From: Anthoceros angustus
Lineage: Eukaryota > Plantae > Anthocerotophyta
NCBI GenBank assembly: GCA_010909165.1
Contig: MU008159.1
Span: 682,001-746,000, forward strand
DNA length: 64,000 nt
Reading direction: 5' to 3'
Position numbers and translations under genes: made by a program. A model generated the notes under the pieces. The model was given only the letters and a program-made list of their open reading frames with translations, made no database searches and was not told the origin of the DNA. The first letter of the stretch is position 1. Each line of letters begins with the position of its first letter. Below, one piece after another: positions 1 through 11,719 of this stretch.

Positions 1-80
1 AAAGTTCTCGGCCTGGATCAATCCCACAAGGTGAGCCCCGGTTTAAACAAACACAAGCCCCGTCCTGTCCCTTCTCCTAC

Positions 81-230
81 TCAGCCTTCTCCATCGCCTT
101 TTCCCCTACGGAGCCGTTTCCTTTTCTGACATGGTCGTGTGAATTTTCTGCAGCGGAGCCCTGCTTCTGGGTGGTGGCTTGTACACATTCCTTGTCCGCA
201 CATTCCCTGAAGCTTCGTTCAACCTGTAAC
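81..230 (-). CDS. Possible internal exon of a gene running off the left edge of the window
   Basis: Open frame (ORF 77..283) flanked on the minus strand by a pyrimidine-rich acceptor (ttattttacag) and a possible donor (GA|gtagga). No recognisable protein motif. Confidence 0.25.
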
Positions 231-524
231 TGTAAAATAAAAGGACAGGAGTGTGTGATATTTGAGGATATGTATGTAGTCACAGCTGGGCATGGCCCCC
301 AGTTTCTGTGACGACAGTCTGACTGTAGGTGCGAAATAGACGCCGTTATCCACCAGGATTAGAAGTCTTCAAAAACCATAAATCGAAAGGGTTTCGCGGG
401 CGGCGTTTCTAGTTCTGTCGCTTGTCCGGCCGTCCCGTTACGCTATTGTTAGCTTTGGTGTAGCCTCGTCTTCCTCCCTCGCGGGCCCCTGCCGTCAAGG
501 AGAAGCAAAGCGGAGCGAGTGGCC

Positions 525-3283
525 ATGGCGGCCGTGGAGATGGAGGCTGAGGCGTCGTCCCCGGGCCACCGGCAGGAGCCAGGCGAGCGGCAGCCGGGCT
601 TCCGGAAGCCTGTGCACGACACCTCTCAGCGCAACTACCGGCGGCGATCGCCATCCGCGTCCACCTCGCCCTCGCCTCCTCCTGCCGGTAGGGATGCCTG
701 TGCGGTTGCTCCTTCTCCCCGTGCTAGGACTCTGCTGCTTGCTGTGGCTGCTGCTGCTGCTGCGGCAGCTTGAGTCCGGGTGTCTCCTGCTTGTGGAATT
801 CCGGCAGCTTGTGGCAGCCGTGTGCTGGCAAGAGGAGTGATTGCGGCTGTTGCATCTCAGGCAACTGAATTTCCCCTTCCCGAGAGCTTCCTTTTGCAGG
901 CAATGTTGTGTGAAAGTATCTTGGTCAGCATTGCGTGAAGCTGGGGAACAGGTAGTGTTCGTGTGCAAATGCCTACGGGATGTGGAGGTTTGTTGCGGAT
1001 CCGCTGTGATTGCTAGGTCAGTTCTAAGCAAGAACATCGTCCGACGTCGTGTGTGGAGAAGCTTGCGTTTTTCCCGTGCGGGAAGCTTGGCTGACTTGCG
1101 TGTTGCTTTTTTTTGTTAGGTGGATGGAAGCGGGACAGGAGCGTGTCGCCGGGTGTTGCTGGTGGAGGCGGCAGCGGCAGCGGAGCTTACGATCATGCTA
1201 AGAAGGAGCGCAGGCTGAACGTTGATCAGAGGGATGCTGACGCCAGCCGGTCCAGGAAGGGGGACAATGGAACGAGCAACAGCTTTGCGAGACCTAGTGA
1301 CCGGGATCACGGTCGGCGACAGCCATCTGGACATCACGACCGCGCTTATAGCAGCCACTCAGGACGGGATGTACATGGCGAAGGAAGGAACGATCACGCA
1401 CCTCAAGATGCTGATCACCGGATGCATGACAGGAGCTTCAGAGACAGATATGGCGATCGTGGAAGGGGCAGGGATTGGGATCGGAGCAGGGATAGAGAGA
1501 GAGATAGAGGAAGGGGAGCATGGGATAGGTCTAGGGACAGGGACAGGGACAGGGAGAGAGACCGCGGAAGAGATAGGGGAAGAAACGAAGCTCGCACCGG
1601 TGGAAGGGATGGGAATCTGGTAACAGATGCTGACAGGGAGAGGGAGAGGGACAGAGAAAGGGAGAGGGCCAGGGGTAGAGATGCTGATAGAGTCAGCAAC
1701 AAGGATGAACCTCGGGACCGAGAGAGACGGCGTGAGAGGGTGCATAAGGATGTGGATGATGCCAGAGACCATCTGAGTAAGGATACCTCAAGGGAGAGAG
1801 ATAGGTTGAAAGAAAGACATGATCACAGGGAGCGAAGTGGTCGGGGGGATTTTAAAGAACGAGACCATCGCTCAGATGGTTTTGGTTCGAGAGAACCTAA
1901 ACAATTAAGAGACAGGGATGATCATGGGGATGCTAGTAATAGTAAGAGGGCTTCATGCTCAGAAAGAAATAGTGGTGGCGGTGTGTTGCCCCAACAAGAG
2001 AAGGAAAACCGTGCGGCGGCTGCTGGCCAGACAGGGCGTGCAAGTCTGGCAAGTGAAGCCCTTGAAGACAAACAGGGGGCGGATGGGTCGAACAGACCTG
2101 TTGCTGGACAGAGTGAAAGCAAGCCAGGAGATGAGGGTATGAAAGGACAAGACGAAAGTTCCAAAGTGGTTACGGAAAAGGCATCACCGTCAAAGGTGGA
2201 AGATGGAGAGATCCAAAACGATGCGACTGGTTCAGTGGATGGTGATGATGGCTCTGCTTTGCTTGAGAGGTCATCTGCACCAGCACCCCAATCGGGCCTG
2301 GCACCACCTGAGAGCAAGCGGGTGGCTAATTGCAGTGAGGTTAAGGTGTCGAAAAGTTCCAAGTGGGGCCCTGAGGCTAATACTCAGTCTGAACCAGGAG
2401 GAACTACTGGAGAGCTTGCTAACGACCTTTCTGTTGCAAAGCTAGCTGCATTGAAGGCAGCAGAGATGGGTGAGCTCCTCAACCTATGTGCCACATGTTC
2501 CTTCTGTTTTAGTTGCCCAGTAGCGGAGCCTTGTACAAGTGCCATTTCGTGGATGTAGAGTTTGACGGTCCTCACCACCTTGAAAATCTCGTGCAGTAAA
2601 CAAGAACCTCGGAGTTTCTGGATGTTTGTCTGCTGATCAGAAGAAGAAGCTACTCTGGGGGAAGAAGAAAGAGGTTGAGCAGGTGAGAAGTTGTATGCCA
2701 CATTTGAAAACTCCGTAGAGGTATCGAGCCTTGTGTTTTGAAGCATGGGACATGTCAGTCAGCAGTATGGTCGTGCAAGTCTTGACATCAGTGGGATGAT
2801 TGTAGAATTGTTCCCCAATCCAGGAACCAGCCGCCTTAGCAGGTACAAACCGATGGGACACTGTGCAATTTGCTGATCGTGATCGGCAAGAGAAATTCCA
2901 GAAGCTCATGGTAAGCAACTGAGACCCGACAAAACCCTTGCTTCATTGTCTAGCTTGTAGCCGAAAGCACGCTTTCTGAGGTTCGGTGTTGCTGCCGAAC
3001 AGACAGATGTGGTCCACATTTGCGGTTTCAGTTGTTGTGGTTTGTGCTTTGAAGACATGTGGAATTTGCCAACCCACGTTGCTAACACCTGTATAGAGCC
3101 TGAGTGTCCCATGCTACCCCTCGTCCCTTGTAGGGTGTCAAGGGAGAGCACAAGGATGCAGGGGAGGCAGAAAGCGGGCTCTTCACCGCGGAGAAACAGA
3201 GGGAGCTGCAGCAGGATCTGGAGAAGCAGTTCACTGCTGGTCTGCGACGGAGGGACGGGCGAACGGTAGGATTGGGACTCTGA
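525..3283 (+). CDS. Arg/Ser/Asp-rich nuclear protein with C-terminal SMAP domain (RSRC2-like), about 5 coding exons
   Basis: ATG at 525, donor near 688, large RD/RE-repeat exon from 1121 to about 2469. Later exons read NKNLGVSGCLSADQKKKLLWGKKK, TNRWDTVQFADRDRQEKFQKLM and GVKG...TAEKQRELQQDLEKQFTAGLRRRDGRTVGLGL*, with TGA at 3281-3283. These match the small-acidic-protein-like C-terminus of plant RSRC2 homologues. Confidence 0.8.
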
Positions 3284-3962
3284 GTCACGTAGCTCAATTT
3301 GAAGGATTTTTCCCATCATGTTACTCTTGGCTTGCGCGTAAAGGATTTGGGAGTCTCGCCTTCGTTTTATTAACAATTCGCGAACAACTTGAAATTATCT
3401 TAGATGGTTTACGCGCACTGGGTCTTCCTGGTTTCGGAAGTTTGTCTGCGGTGAACTTGCCTGCCCTGCCCCCCGTGCCGCTGGACTTGTCGGTATGGTC
3501 TGTTGCCCGGTCATGCTTTCTCCACCTGCTTTCTCACCTTCGCGGAACCCACGAGGGGAGCACTGGTTTGTGCCAACCACCCGCCGTTGTGTAACTTAAG
3601 CGAATACTAAATACCTGCAGTGAAAGATGATAAACAGTGAGAGAAGTCGTCTTTTGGTAGAGAGCTCTGCCACGAACCGATCCCCAAGGATGCCACGTCT
3701 CAAGGCTGGTTGGGGAAAAGCACGAAGGCCTTCACGATATGCCCGCCAACGCAACGAATCCGGATCCGATCTGCCCTATATTAATTCACCGGACACCGGG
3801 ACCTGCACCGCCCGATGGTTGTGTTTTTCAGTTTAGAAACAGCGTTAACATTCCATGCCTGCACATAGCTACACAGGCATTTCCATTTCGTGTGGTGGAG
3901 AAGTTATGGAGCTTTGGTCCTCCCTTCTTCACAGGAGTGACATCCAGACATGACAAGCACCC

Positions 3963-4170
3963 TTGGGGCGGATCAGTATTAATTAGGATGGAGTGCCTCT
4001 CCTCTCCTGGAGTTTCATGGCCTTATGGAACCACCTTGGGCTTTGGGGCGAATCAGTACTGGGATGGAGTGCCTACCCTCTCCTCTCTCCTCTCCGGGAG
4101 CTTCTGGCCTTATGGAACCACCTTGTGGCTTTGGGGCGAACCAGTACTAGGATGGAGTGCCTCGCGTCTC
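3963..4170. repeat. Degenerate tandem repeat, ~80-90 bp unit, about 2.5 copies
   Basis: ttggggcg.a.cagta...ggatggagtgcct recurs at about 3963, 4043 and 4132; tggccttatggaaccaccttg occurs twice. Confidence 0.85.
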
Positions 4171-4577
4171 TACGGGAGCGGCTATTTCAGAAAGTAAAAG
4201 TCTCCAAAACTCGCGATTTAAAAAAAAGTATGGAGCGTACTAGACTACCAATGTATGTTGCACCCACCACTTTTCTTGGCTGACGAGGCTTTGTAGAGCA
4301 AGTTGTAAGCTTGCGAGTTGCCAGTGCCCAGTGCCCAGTACCCAGTGCCCCTGCATGTGTGCTCGTGCCGTGCCTGCGTCGTTAATGGCCACGGGATTCT
4401 GGATCCTGCTCCTTCCAAGAAGCCACGGAATAAAACTTTTGTGATCTGATTGCCCATCGTCTTCCCGACAAGTGTGGTTGCATAAGTGCTATTGATGACA
4501 TCCCGGGGCCGGGGCAGCGCTTTGTGAGCCATTCGTTCCGCTAGGAGGTAGGACTTGAGGAGGAGGAGAGCGGGGCC

Positions 4578-5420
4578 ATGGATTGCTTGCGAGCTGGTTG
4601 TGGCATCTGCTGTCAAAGTAGAAGTGTGGTAGAACGGCAGCACGCTCACTGGAAGGAGAGGAGCTCCAGGAGTTGCTTACGTCAAGCCGTTTTCCGGAGG
4701 GCCTCACCTCTGCGGGCCGTATGGCCAGGGAAGGATTGTTCCTTGGGCGCAGGAGCATGGAGAGGGGGAGGTTTTTGCAAGGCAGGTGAAAGCTCAAGGA
4801 CCAGAAATGGGCAGCTGTTTGTGGCTGACCAGCATACTGCCAGTGTCATCTCTGCACAGAGCTTGGAACAGGCAGAGGATTTCACCCACCGGGGGGAGGG
4901 GGAGGACGCGTTGGTGGACGCCCCTTCTGTGACGGTTGAGAAGGTTGGCAAGAACAAGCGACGCATTGCGGCCACGATATCTATCGGAGCCCCTCTGGCG
5001 ACCGTGTGGGGGATTCTCACAGATTACGACAGGCTGTCAGATTTCATCCCCGGCTTGGCTGTCAGCGAGCTGTTGGAGAAGGGGGAAGACAGGGCGTTGA
5101 TCAGGCAGGTTGGGCAGCAGGATTTGGCCTTCGGCATCGTGTTTAAGGCAGAGGCCGTGATGGAGGTCACAGAGCACCCTCTCGAGATACGCAATGGAGC
5201 CCGGAGAGACCTGGATTTTCAGATGGTGAAGGGGGACTTTGAGCTGTTTGCCGGCACTTGGAGTATGGAGGAGGACAGATGTGCAGCACCCACGACTGTG
5301 CTGTCCTACGTAGTGGAAGTGCAGCCTAAGGTGTGGTTGCCTGTAGCTCTCTTGGAGGCAAGATTAAGCAACGATATCAAGCTCAATCTCACATGTATCA
5401 GGGACGCTGCCGTTGCCTGA
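4578..5420 (+). CDS. Polyketide cyclase/dehydrase (START/SRPBCC, Coq10-like) protein, probably plastid-targeted, intronless
   Basis: 280-aa ORF containing RRIAATISIGAPLATVWGILTDYDRLSDFIPGL...DFQMVKGDFELFAGTWSME...LSYVVEVQPKVWLPVALLE, after a Ser/Arg/Cys-rich transit-like N-terminus. Confidence 0.85.
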   Translation: MDCLRAGCGICCQSRSVVERQHAHWKERSSRSCLRQAVFRRASPLRAVWPGKDCSLGAGAWRGGGFCKAGESSRTRNGQLFVADQHTASVISAQSLEQAEDFTHRGEGEDALVDAPSVTVEKVGKNKRRIAATISIGAPLATVWGILTDYDRLSDFIPGLAVSELLEKGEDRALIRQVGQQDLAFGIVFKAEAVMEVTEHPLEIRNGARRDLDFQMVKGDFELFAGTWSMEEDRCAAPTTVLSYVVEVQPKVWLPVALLEARLSNDIKLNLTCIRDAAVA

Positions 5421-6420
5421 TCAAGTTAATTAAATCTGGGGTTGCAAGGACAGGCTAGGGAAGCTCCTTGGTAGTCGGAAGCCATGCATGTGGATCCACT
5501 ACCTGGCGGTTTTGTACATTAGCACGTTCGTGCTGTAGAATTTCACACTCCTTCCTCTCCTTCAGTGTCTAACTGAACCCTTTCGCTTATTTTGCTGCGT
5601 TATAGATCATCCCGCCACCGTTGCTGATCAAATACAGTTCGCCCCCATTTCAGTGGGACGCCCACGTGCAGGTCCTTTGCATGCTCGTTTGTGCTACCTA
5701 TGTTTCCTACATGCTTGCAGGTGATTCACAGATGATGTTCCGGTCAAGCTTGTATCACTGAATAGTATGGAGTCCAAGCTCCCCCCACTTGTCCTGATTA
5801 GCCAGCTGCTGCTCCTGATCTGCAAACGACATGCGAACGACTTCATTCGGTAAGGAGCAGCCCTGTAGGGCGGTGCGAACCACCTGTTTCAGAGTTTGCA
5901 CAACTTACTGTTCTCATCAATCTCGTCTGCGGGAGGTGCCACACCAGAAGGCAGAGGAATATCTGAAAACCACAAGGGCAACGGTCAAGCGCACGAGAGA
6001 AAGAGAGCACCTAACCCACAAAAATCTCTGCCGTGTAAAACAATCAACGGTGAACGGGAAGCAGTACCGTCGTTAGGCAGAGTGTCTCTTGCCCACTCGT
6101 CATCCACGATGTCCAGAAGCAGGGTGGGGAACATATCCGCCATGGCTACCGATAGCGATCCGAATAAACCGGGCAATGCCAACCCACCGCCCGACAAATC
6201 TCCTATCGTGAGGCGCTTGGAGAGACGTGCAGTACTTCTATTTATCAAGCCGTGGGCAATTACCTGTTAGCACTGCGACAAGGCCTCACCGCAAATTAGG
6301 TCAATCCGTGAGAGACGGGGGTCATCTGTGAATTGCTCGTCTGAAGGTGGACTTCCTGGGCTTCGGAATTTTGGAATTCTGGCCCAGCCTTGTTAAGTCG
6401 GCATCACACGGCAGACGAAG

Positions 6421-9400
6421 ATGGTGAAGATGCGAATGACCACCGCCGATGTGGCAGCTGAAGTGTGCTGCCTAAGGAAGCTTATAGGCATGCGTTGTGC
6501 CAACATTTATGACCTGACGCCAAGGGTGAGACAATTTATGGCTGCTTTGCTTGGATGTTCTCGCTGAGGCTGCACAATTCTTTGCAGTTTATAGTGCCTC
6601 ATAAGGTTTGGCTGTGCGACTTTGTGATACCTTAACCCCGTACAGCAATGTTGGGAAACCTGCAGACTTATGTGATGAAGCTCGCCAAGAGCAGTGGGTT
6701 GGCTGAATCAGGGGAGAGTGAGAGAGCATTGGTGTTATTGGAAAGTGGCATCCGTTTGCATACCACAGTGTTTTCTCGGTAAGGATATGTCTCATGTGCA
6801 CATGTTTTCTTGTCCCCGTTTCCTATTCATAACCTCAGGGGTTTTCCCTTTGTTTCGTTGCTTGTTTTGTTGATGGAGTATTAGCCTTTTTGATGCTAGC
6901 TTTCTGCAGAGACAAGAGTTCAACTCCATCTGGATTCACGCTGAAGCTGAGAAAGCATATCCGAACGCGGAGGTTGGAGGATGTGCGACAACTGGGCATT
7001 GATAGAGTACAGTGCTTACATCCCCTAGTTCTTGAAGCATCCGGTGGTTGTGCAACCTGTAATGGTTCTCTGTTTGACGAGAAACCTGCCAACAGTTCCG
7101 GGTTCTTGAATGGTTGGCAGGTTGTGGACTTTCAGTTTGGACTAGGAGATAGTGCTCATCATATCATACTTGAGCTCTATTCTCAGGGCAACGTTCTTCT
7201 TACAGATGGGAACTACAATGTTCTTACCTTACTTCGATCTCACAGGTTAGCCTTTTGGTTCTTGCTGTCTTTCATTTCATTCCCCTTCTTCCTGTGGTTG
7301 CTTAATTCATCCGAATCCTATCTGGGCTTACTCAGGGATGATGACAAAGGCGTGACTATGATGGCACGCCATCGATATCCAATTGATACTTGCCGCCTGT
7401 TTTTGCGAACTTCGTCTGAAAAGATACGGCAAGCCCTTGAGTCAGGCTCTCCTGAGCAGGAAGGTCTTGTGGAGCTTAATGAGCAAGACAATGCTGAAGG
7501 AAATCTGGACAAGCGGGGAAAGAAAGGAGAGGGAAAGGGGGGCCGTGGAACTCTGAAAGCTCTTTTGTCGGAGAGTCTGGGATACGGACCAGCTTTAACT
7601 GAGCATATCATCCTGACTGGAGGGCTGCAAGGGAACATGAACAAAAGCCTTCCTGGTGATTCGTTTGATGCCTTGGTATCTGCAGTGGAGAGGTTTGAGG
7701 ATTGGCTGGAGAATGTAGTCAAGGGATTGATTGTTCCTGAAGGCTACATTTTCATGAAGAAGAAAGATAACACTAGGAAAAAGCAGTCTATTGCAGTTGA
7801 GGAGGATGATGAATTGCAAAAGGTGACCTACTCTGCATGGTGTGATATCGTTGACTCCAAATACTCTTCCTAGCATGAACCTGATGATGTACCTCAGTAG
7901 TCAGAGCATTGTCTGCTTGAGATGGTCCAATTCTCCTGCAAAGGGTTCTTTGGGGGTGCAGTACATTAGCTATGTGTGTCTTGCACCTGTGCCTACTGAC
8001 AGACAACAATCTCTGTATGGCTGTCTATCACAGTTATACGATGAGTTTGCTCCACTTCCTTTGCAACAGCTTGCTGACCGTGAAAGGTCTATGTATGAAA
8101 CCTTTGATGCTGCAATGGATGATTTCTTCAGCAAGATTGAGGGACAACGAGCAGAGCAGCAAAGGCAGTCACAGGAAAATAGTGCTTTCTCAAAGCTGGA
8201 GAAAATCCGAGCTGACCAGGTGTGCATGTCTGTGTTCCGGCTTACCAGATCGTTTTCTTGCACTTCTTTGACCAGTATTATCTCAATGCTTTGTTCTGCA
8301 GTCAAACAGGGTGAAAGCATTGAAGAAAGAGGTGGATCAATCCGTCCGGATGGCTGAGCTTGTTGAATACAATCTAGAAGAGGTTGATGCAGCCATAGCT
8401 GCTGTGAGATCAGCGCTTGCCAGTGGCATGGATTGGAAAGATCTCGCTAGAATGATCAAGGATGAGAAGAAGGCAGGGAATCCTGTGGCAGGGTCAATTC
8501 ACAGTTTGCAGCTGGACAAGAATCAAATCACACTACTGCTGAGTAACAACCTTGATGACATGGATGAAGACGAGAAAACTACGCCTGCAGACAAGGTAGC
8601 TTGTTCTATATCAACTCTGGCAACATTATTTGAAACGCTCTTGTAGACTGAACTAATGTTGTTGTGGTCTTAGGTGGAGGTAGATCTTGCACTTTCTGCA
8701 CATGCAAATGCCCGTAAATGGTTTGAGATGAAAAAGAAGCATGCTGTCAAACAAGAGAAAACTGTGGCTGCACATGAGAAGGCTTTCAAAGCTGCAGAAA
8801 GGAAGACTCAACAGCAGCTTGCACAGGTCATAATCATCTAATGGCAATGTTGCTGTGTTACTCTTTCATTTATGGGCAATGCTAATAGGGCAATCATTTT
8901 GTGTTAGCAGGCGAAGAGTGTTGCTGCAATCTCCCATCTTCGCAAGGTGCATTGGTTCGAGAAGTTCAACTGGTTTGTGAGTAGTGAAAACTATCTGGTT
9001 ATAAGTGGACGTGATGCACAGCAGAATGAATTGGTGGTCAAACGCTACATGAAGAAGGGTGACATGTATGTCGCAGGACCAAATGAATCTATTTGGCATC
9101 TTTAAGTCATTTCTATGTATGAATCTTGCTGCTTTGTTACCATTCAACATCTTGTGCAAACAGTTATGTGCACGCAGAATTACATGGAGCATCAAGTACT
9201 GTTATCAAGAACCACGAGCCCTCTCGATCCATTCCACCGCTTACAATCAATCAAGCAGGATCTTTCACGGTATTCTGCACTTAGCTGTACCCTGTAAATG
9301 GACTCCCCTAGATCTGAGCTCGTCTAGTCTCAGATCCATTCTTATCTCTTGCAAATTCAGTTTCACATCTCTCACCCAGTGTAGCCGTATGCTGCTCCAG

Positions 9401-11437
9401 GTTTGCCGAAGTCAAGCTTGGGACTCAAAGATTGTGACCAGTGCATGGTGGGTCTACGACCATCAAGTTAGTAAGACAGCTCCAACTGGTGAGTATCTCA
9501 CAGTTGGTAGCTTCATGGTGCGAGGAGCAAAGAATTTCCTTCCTCCCCATCCACTGGTCATGGGATTTGGTTTGCTATTTCGGTTTGATGAGAGTTCCAT
9601 CGGTTCACACCTCAATGAACGGAGAATCAGAGGTGAAGCTGAAGGGGAAAACGAGGACAATGAGATTGCAGAGGATGAAGATGGAAGGACAAGTAATCAT
9701 ATGACCACAAGGAAAACTTTGCAAAATGGAGATGAAGCCCTGGTAGTGGATGCTGGGCGTTATTCAGGTGGCCAGGATGAGGGTGGTGAGCTTGATGAGG
9801 AAACTAGTGCTGATGAAGAAGGAACACTGACAGGAGGTGAGAAGTTGAATGTGGAGGTCCTTGATGAGAGACATGAGAGCGAAGAACCAGCACTGGATGA
9901 AGAAACCTCTGCCGTTGAACACGCTGGAGATCTTGGGAGTGACACATCTGAGAAAGAGCTTTCCACTTTAGATGACCTCCTTGATAAAGCCCTGGAGCTT
10001 CGGGCAGTGCCCAAGCCAGCAGGTCATGTAACTAAGTATGTTCTAGATACTCACCAGCCAGCTGAGCCTACACCAGCCGATGTGGACTCAAAGTTTGTGC
10101 AACGAGACAGGCCATATTTGTCTAAGGCAGAAAGAAGGAGATTGAAGAAAACGGGAAAGGTTACTGCAGCGGAAGAAGCTTCAGTGGATACTGAACAAGA
10201 TGACCCTGCAGACCAAGTTGAAGATGAGCAGGATCTTTCTGCCAGTGCCAAAAATGCAAGAGGGTTGGACGGGCAAGGGAAGCCTATTCGTGGCAAAAAG
10301 GGAAAGATGAAGAAAATCAAGGAGAAATACTACGACCAGGATGAGGAAGAACGTCAGCTGAAGATGTCGTTGTTAAAAGTATGCAAATTTTTGTGTGTTT
10401 ACTCTTCCCTTTACTGTTTCTTCTTATTTGCTAGAACTACCATGTTTGTAGTGCTTTCTGGATCTGTCTGAAACTCCTCCTATTGGCAGTCTGTGGGAGG
10501 GAAAGAAGAGACGTCAGTAGCTGGAGGAAAGAAAGGCGGATCAAAGCTTTTGCAGGGAAAACAGCAGCTTGCTGGTATTTTGGGTTCAGTTTAGTGATGT
10601 AACTTCAGGCACGGCAGCTACGTTTTTGCTGTTTTATGGATAGGAGTGCCATTTGTTTCATTTTATGGCAGGTACCATTGTACAAGAGAATTCAAAAATT
10701 TGCTACAAGTGTAAGAAGGCTGGTCATGTAGCTCGAGATTGTCCAACAGAGATCAGCGAAGGGACCCTTGATGTGGTGGAGAAGGAAAGTCTTAAGGCAA
10801 CTGGTAGTAGCATAAGCAGAGGTGACCAAGCAAGTGAATCAAACACCGATGTTGTTCCACAACCTGATGTAGTCACATCTGAAGGTGGAGGCAAGGTGGT
10901 TGAGGGCCTCAGACGGAAAGCACGTGCAAAGGTAGCAGAGGAAGAGATTGCAGCCATTCGAGCAGAAGAAAATATTGTTCAGCTCAGTGAAGAGCAAAGA
11001 TTGAGGTTGACCGAGCTTGACACCTTAACAGGGAACCCTTTACCTGACGACGTACTGCTATATGCTGTGCCTGTTTGTGGACCTTACAGTGCTCTCCAAC
11101 GATACAAATTCCGTGTTAAACTCACTCCTGGGGCCGCAAAGAAAGGAAAAGGTGGTGTCTGCTTCCATGCCAACATCCCTGGTACTTCCTTTGTGTGTAT
11201 GTACATCTCCAGAGCTCATATTCAAGTTTCGTTTGTGCAGGGGCTAAAACTGCCTTGGACGTGTTCAGTCGCATGCCAGAAGCCACTCCACGAGAGAAGG
11301 AATTGATGAAGGCAATGACAGAACCAGAGATGGCTGCAGCTATGATTGGAAATGTGAAAGTAACAGCTCCTGGATTGACGAAAATGAAGCAAAATCAGAA
11401 GAAGGGAAAGAAGGCTTCAAGGAAAGACACAAGTTAA
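6421..11437 (+). CDS. NEMF: Nuclear export mediator factor / ribosome quality-control subunit (NEMF/Rqc2) with CCHC knuckle, multi-exon
   Basis: Begins [35 protein letters not shown] motifs: [70 protein letters not shown]. Also [14 protein letters not shown] and the C-terminal [27 protein letters not shown]. Stop at 11435-11437. Confidence 0.93.
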
Positions 11438-11719
11438 TGTAGGCTTCCGGAATGTGGCGGCCTTTCCGCTCATGGTTGGGCATCGGGCAAAACTTAAGTG
11501 TCATACAGGATGGGGGTTACATCAGTTGCTCTGGCAGTGTTACACCAAGCATCTGCTTGCAAGTTGGAAAGTAAAACGTGCAGTATTTACAAAGGCGTTG
11601 GACCTTCTGCCACACTACAGCAGCTAGGTATACTGAAACCTACTTTGCCTAATTGGCAGGAAAGAATATCAGCTATGGGAATTGGGTTTGGCATCAAGGT
11701 ATGTACTGTCAAACCCGTT

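Noticed and set aside
10690-10745. CCHC knuckle in NEMF as a retroelement insertion
   Set aside because: Plant NEMF orthologues are known to carry this knuckle, and it is in a normal spliced exon.
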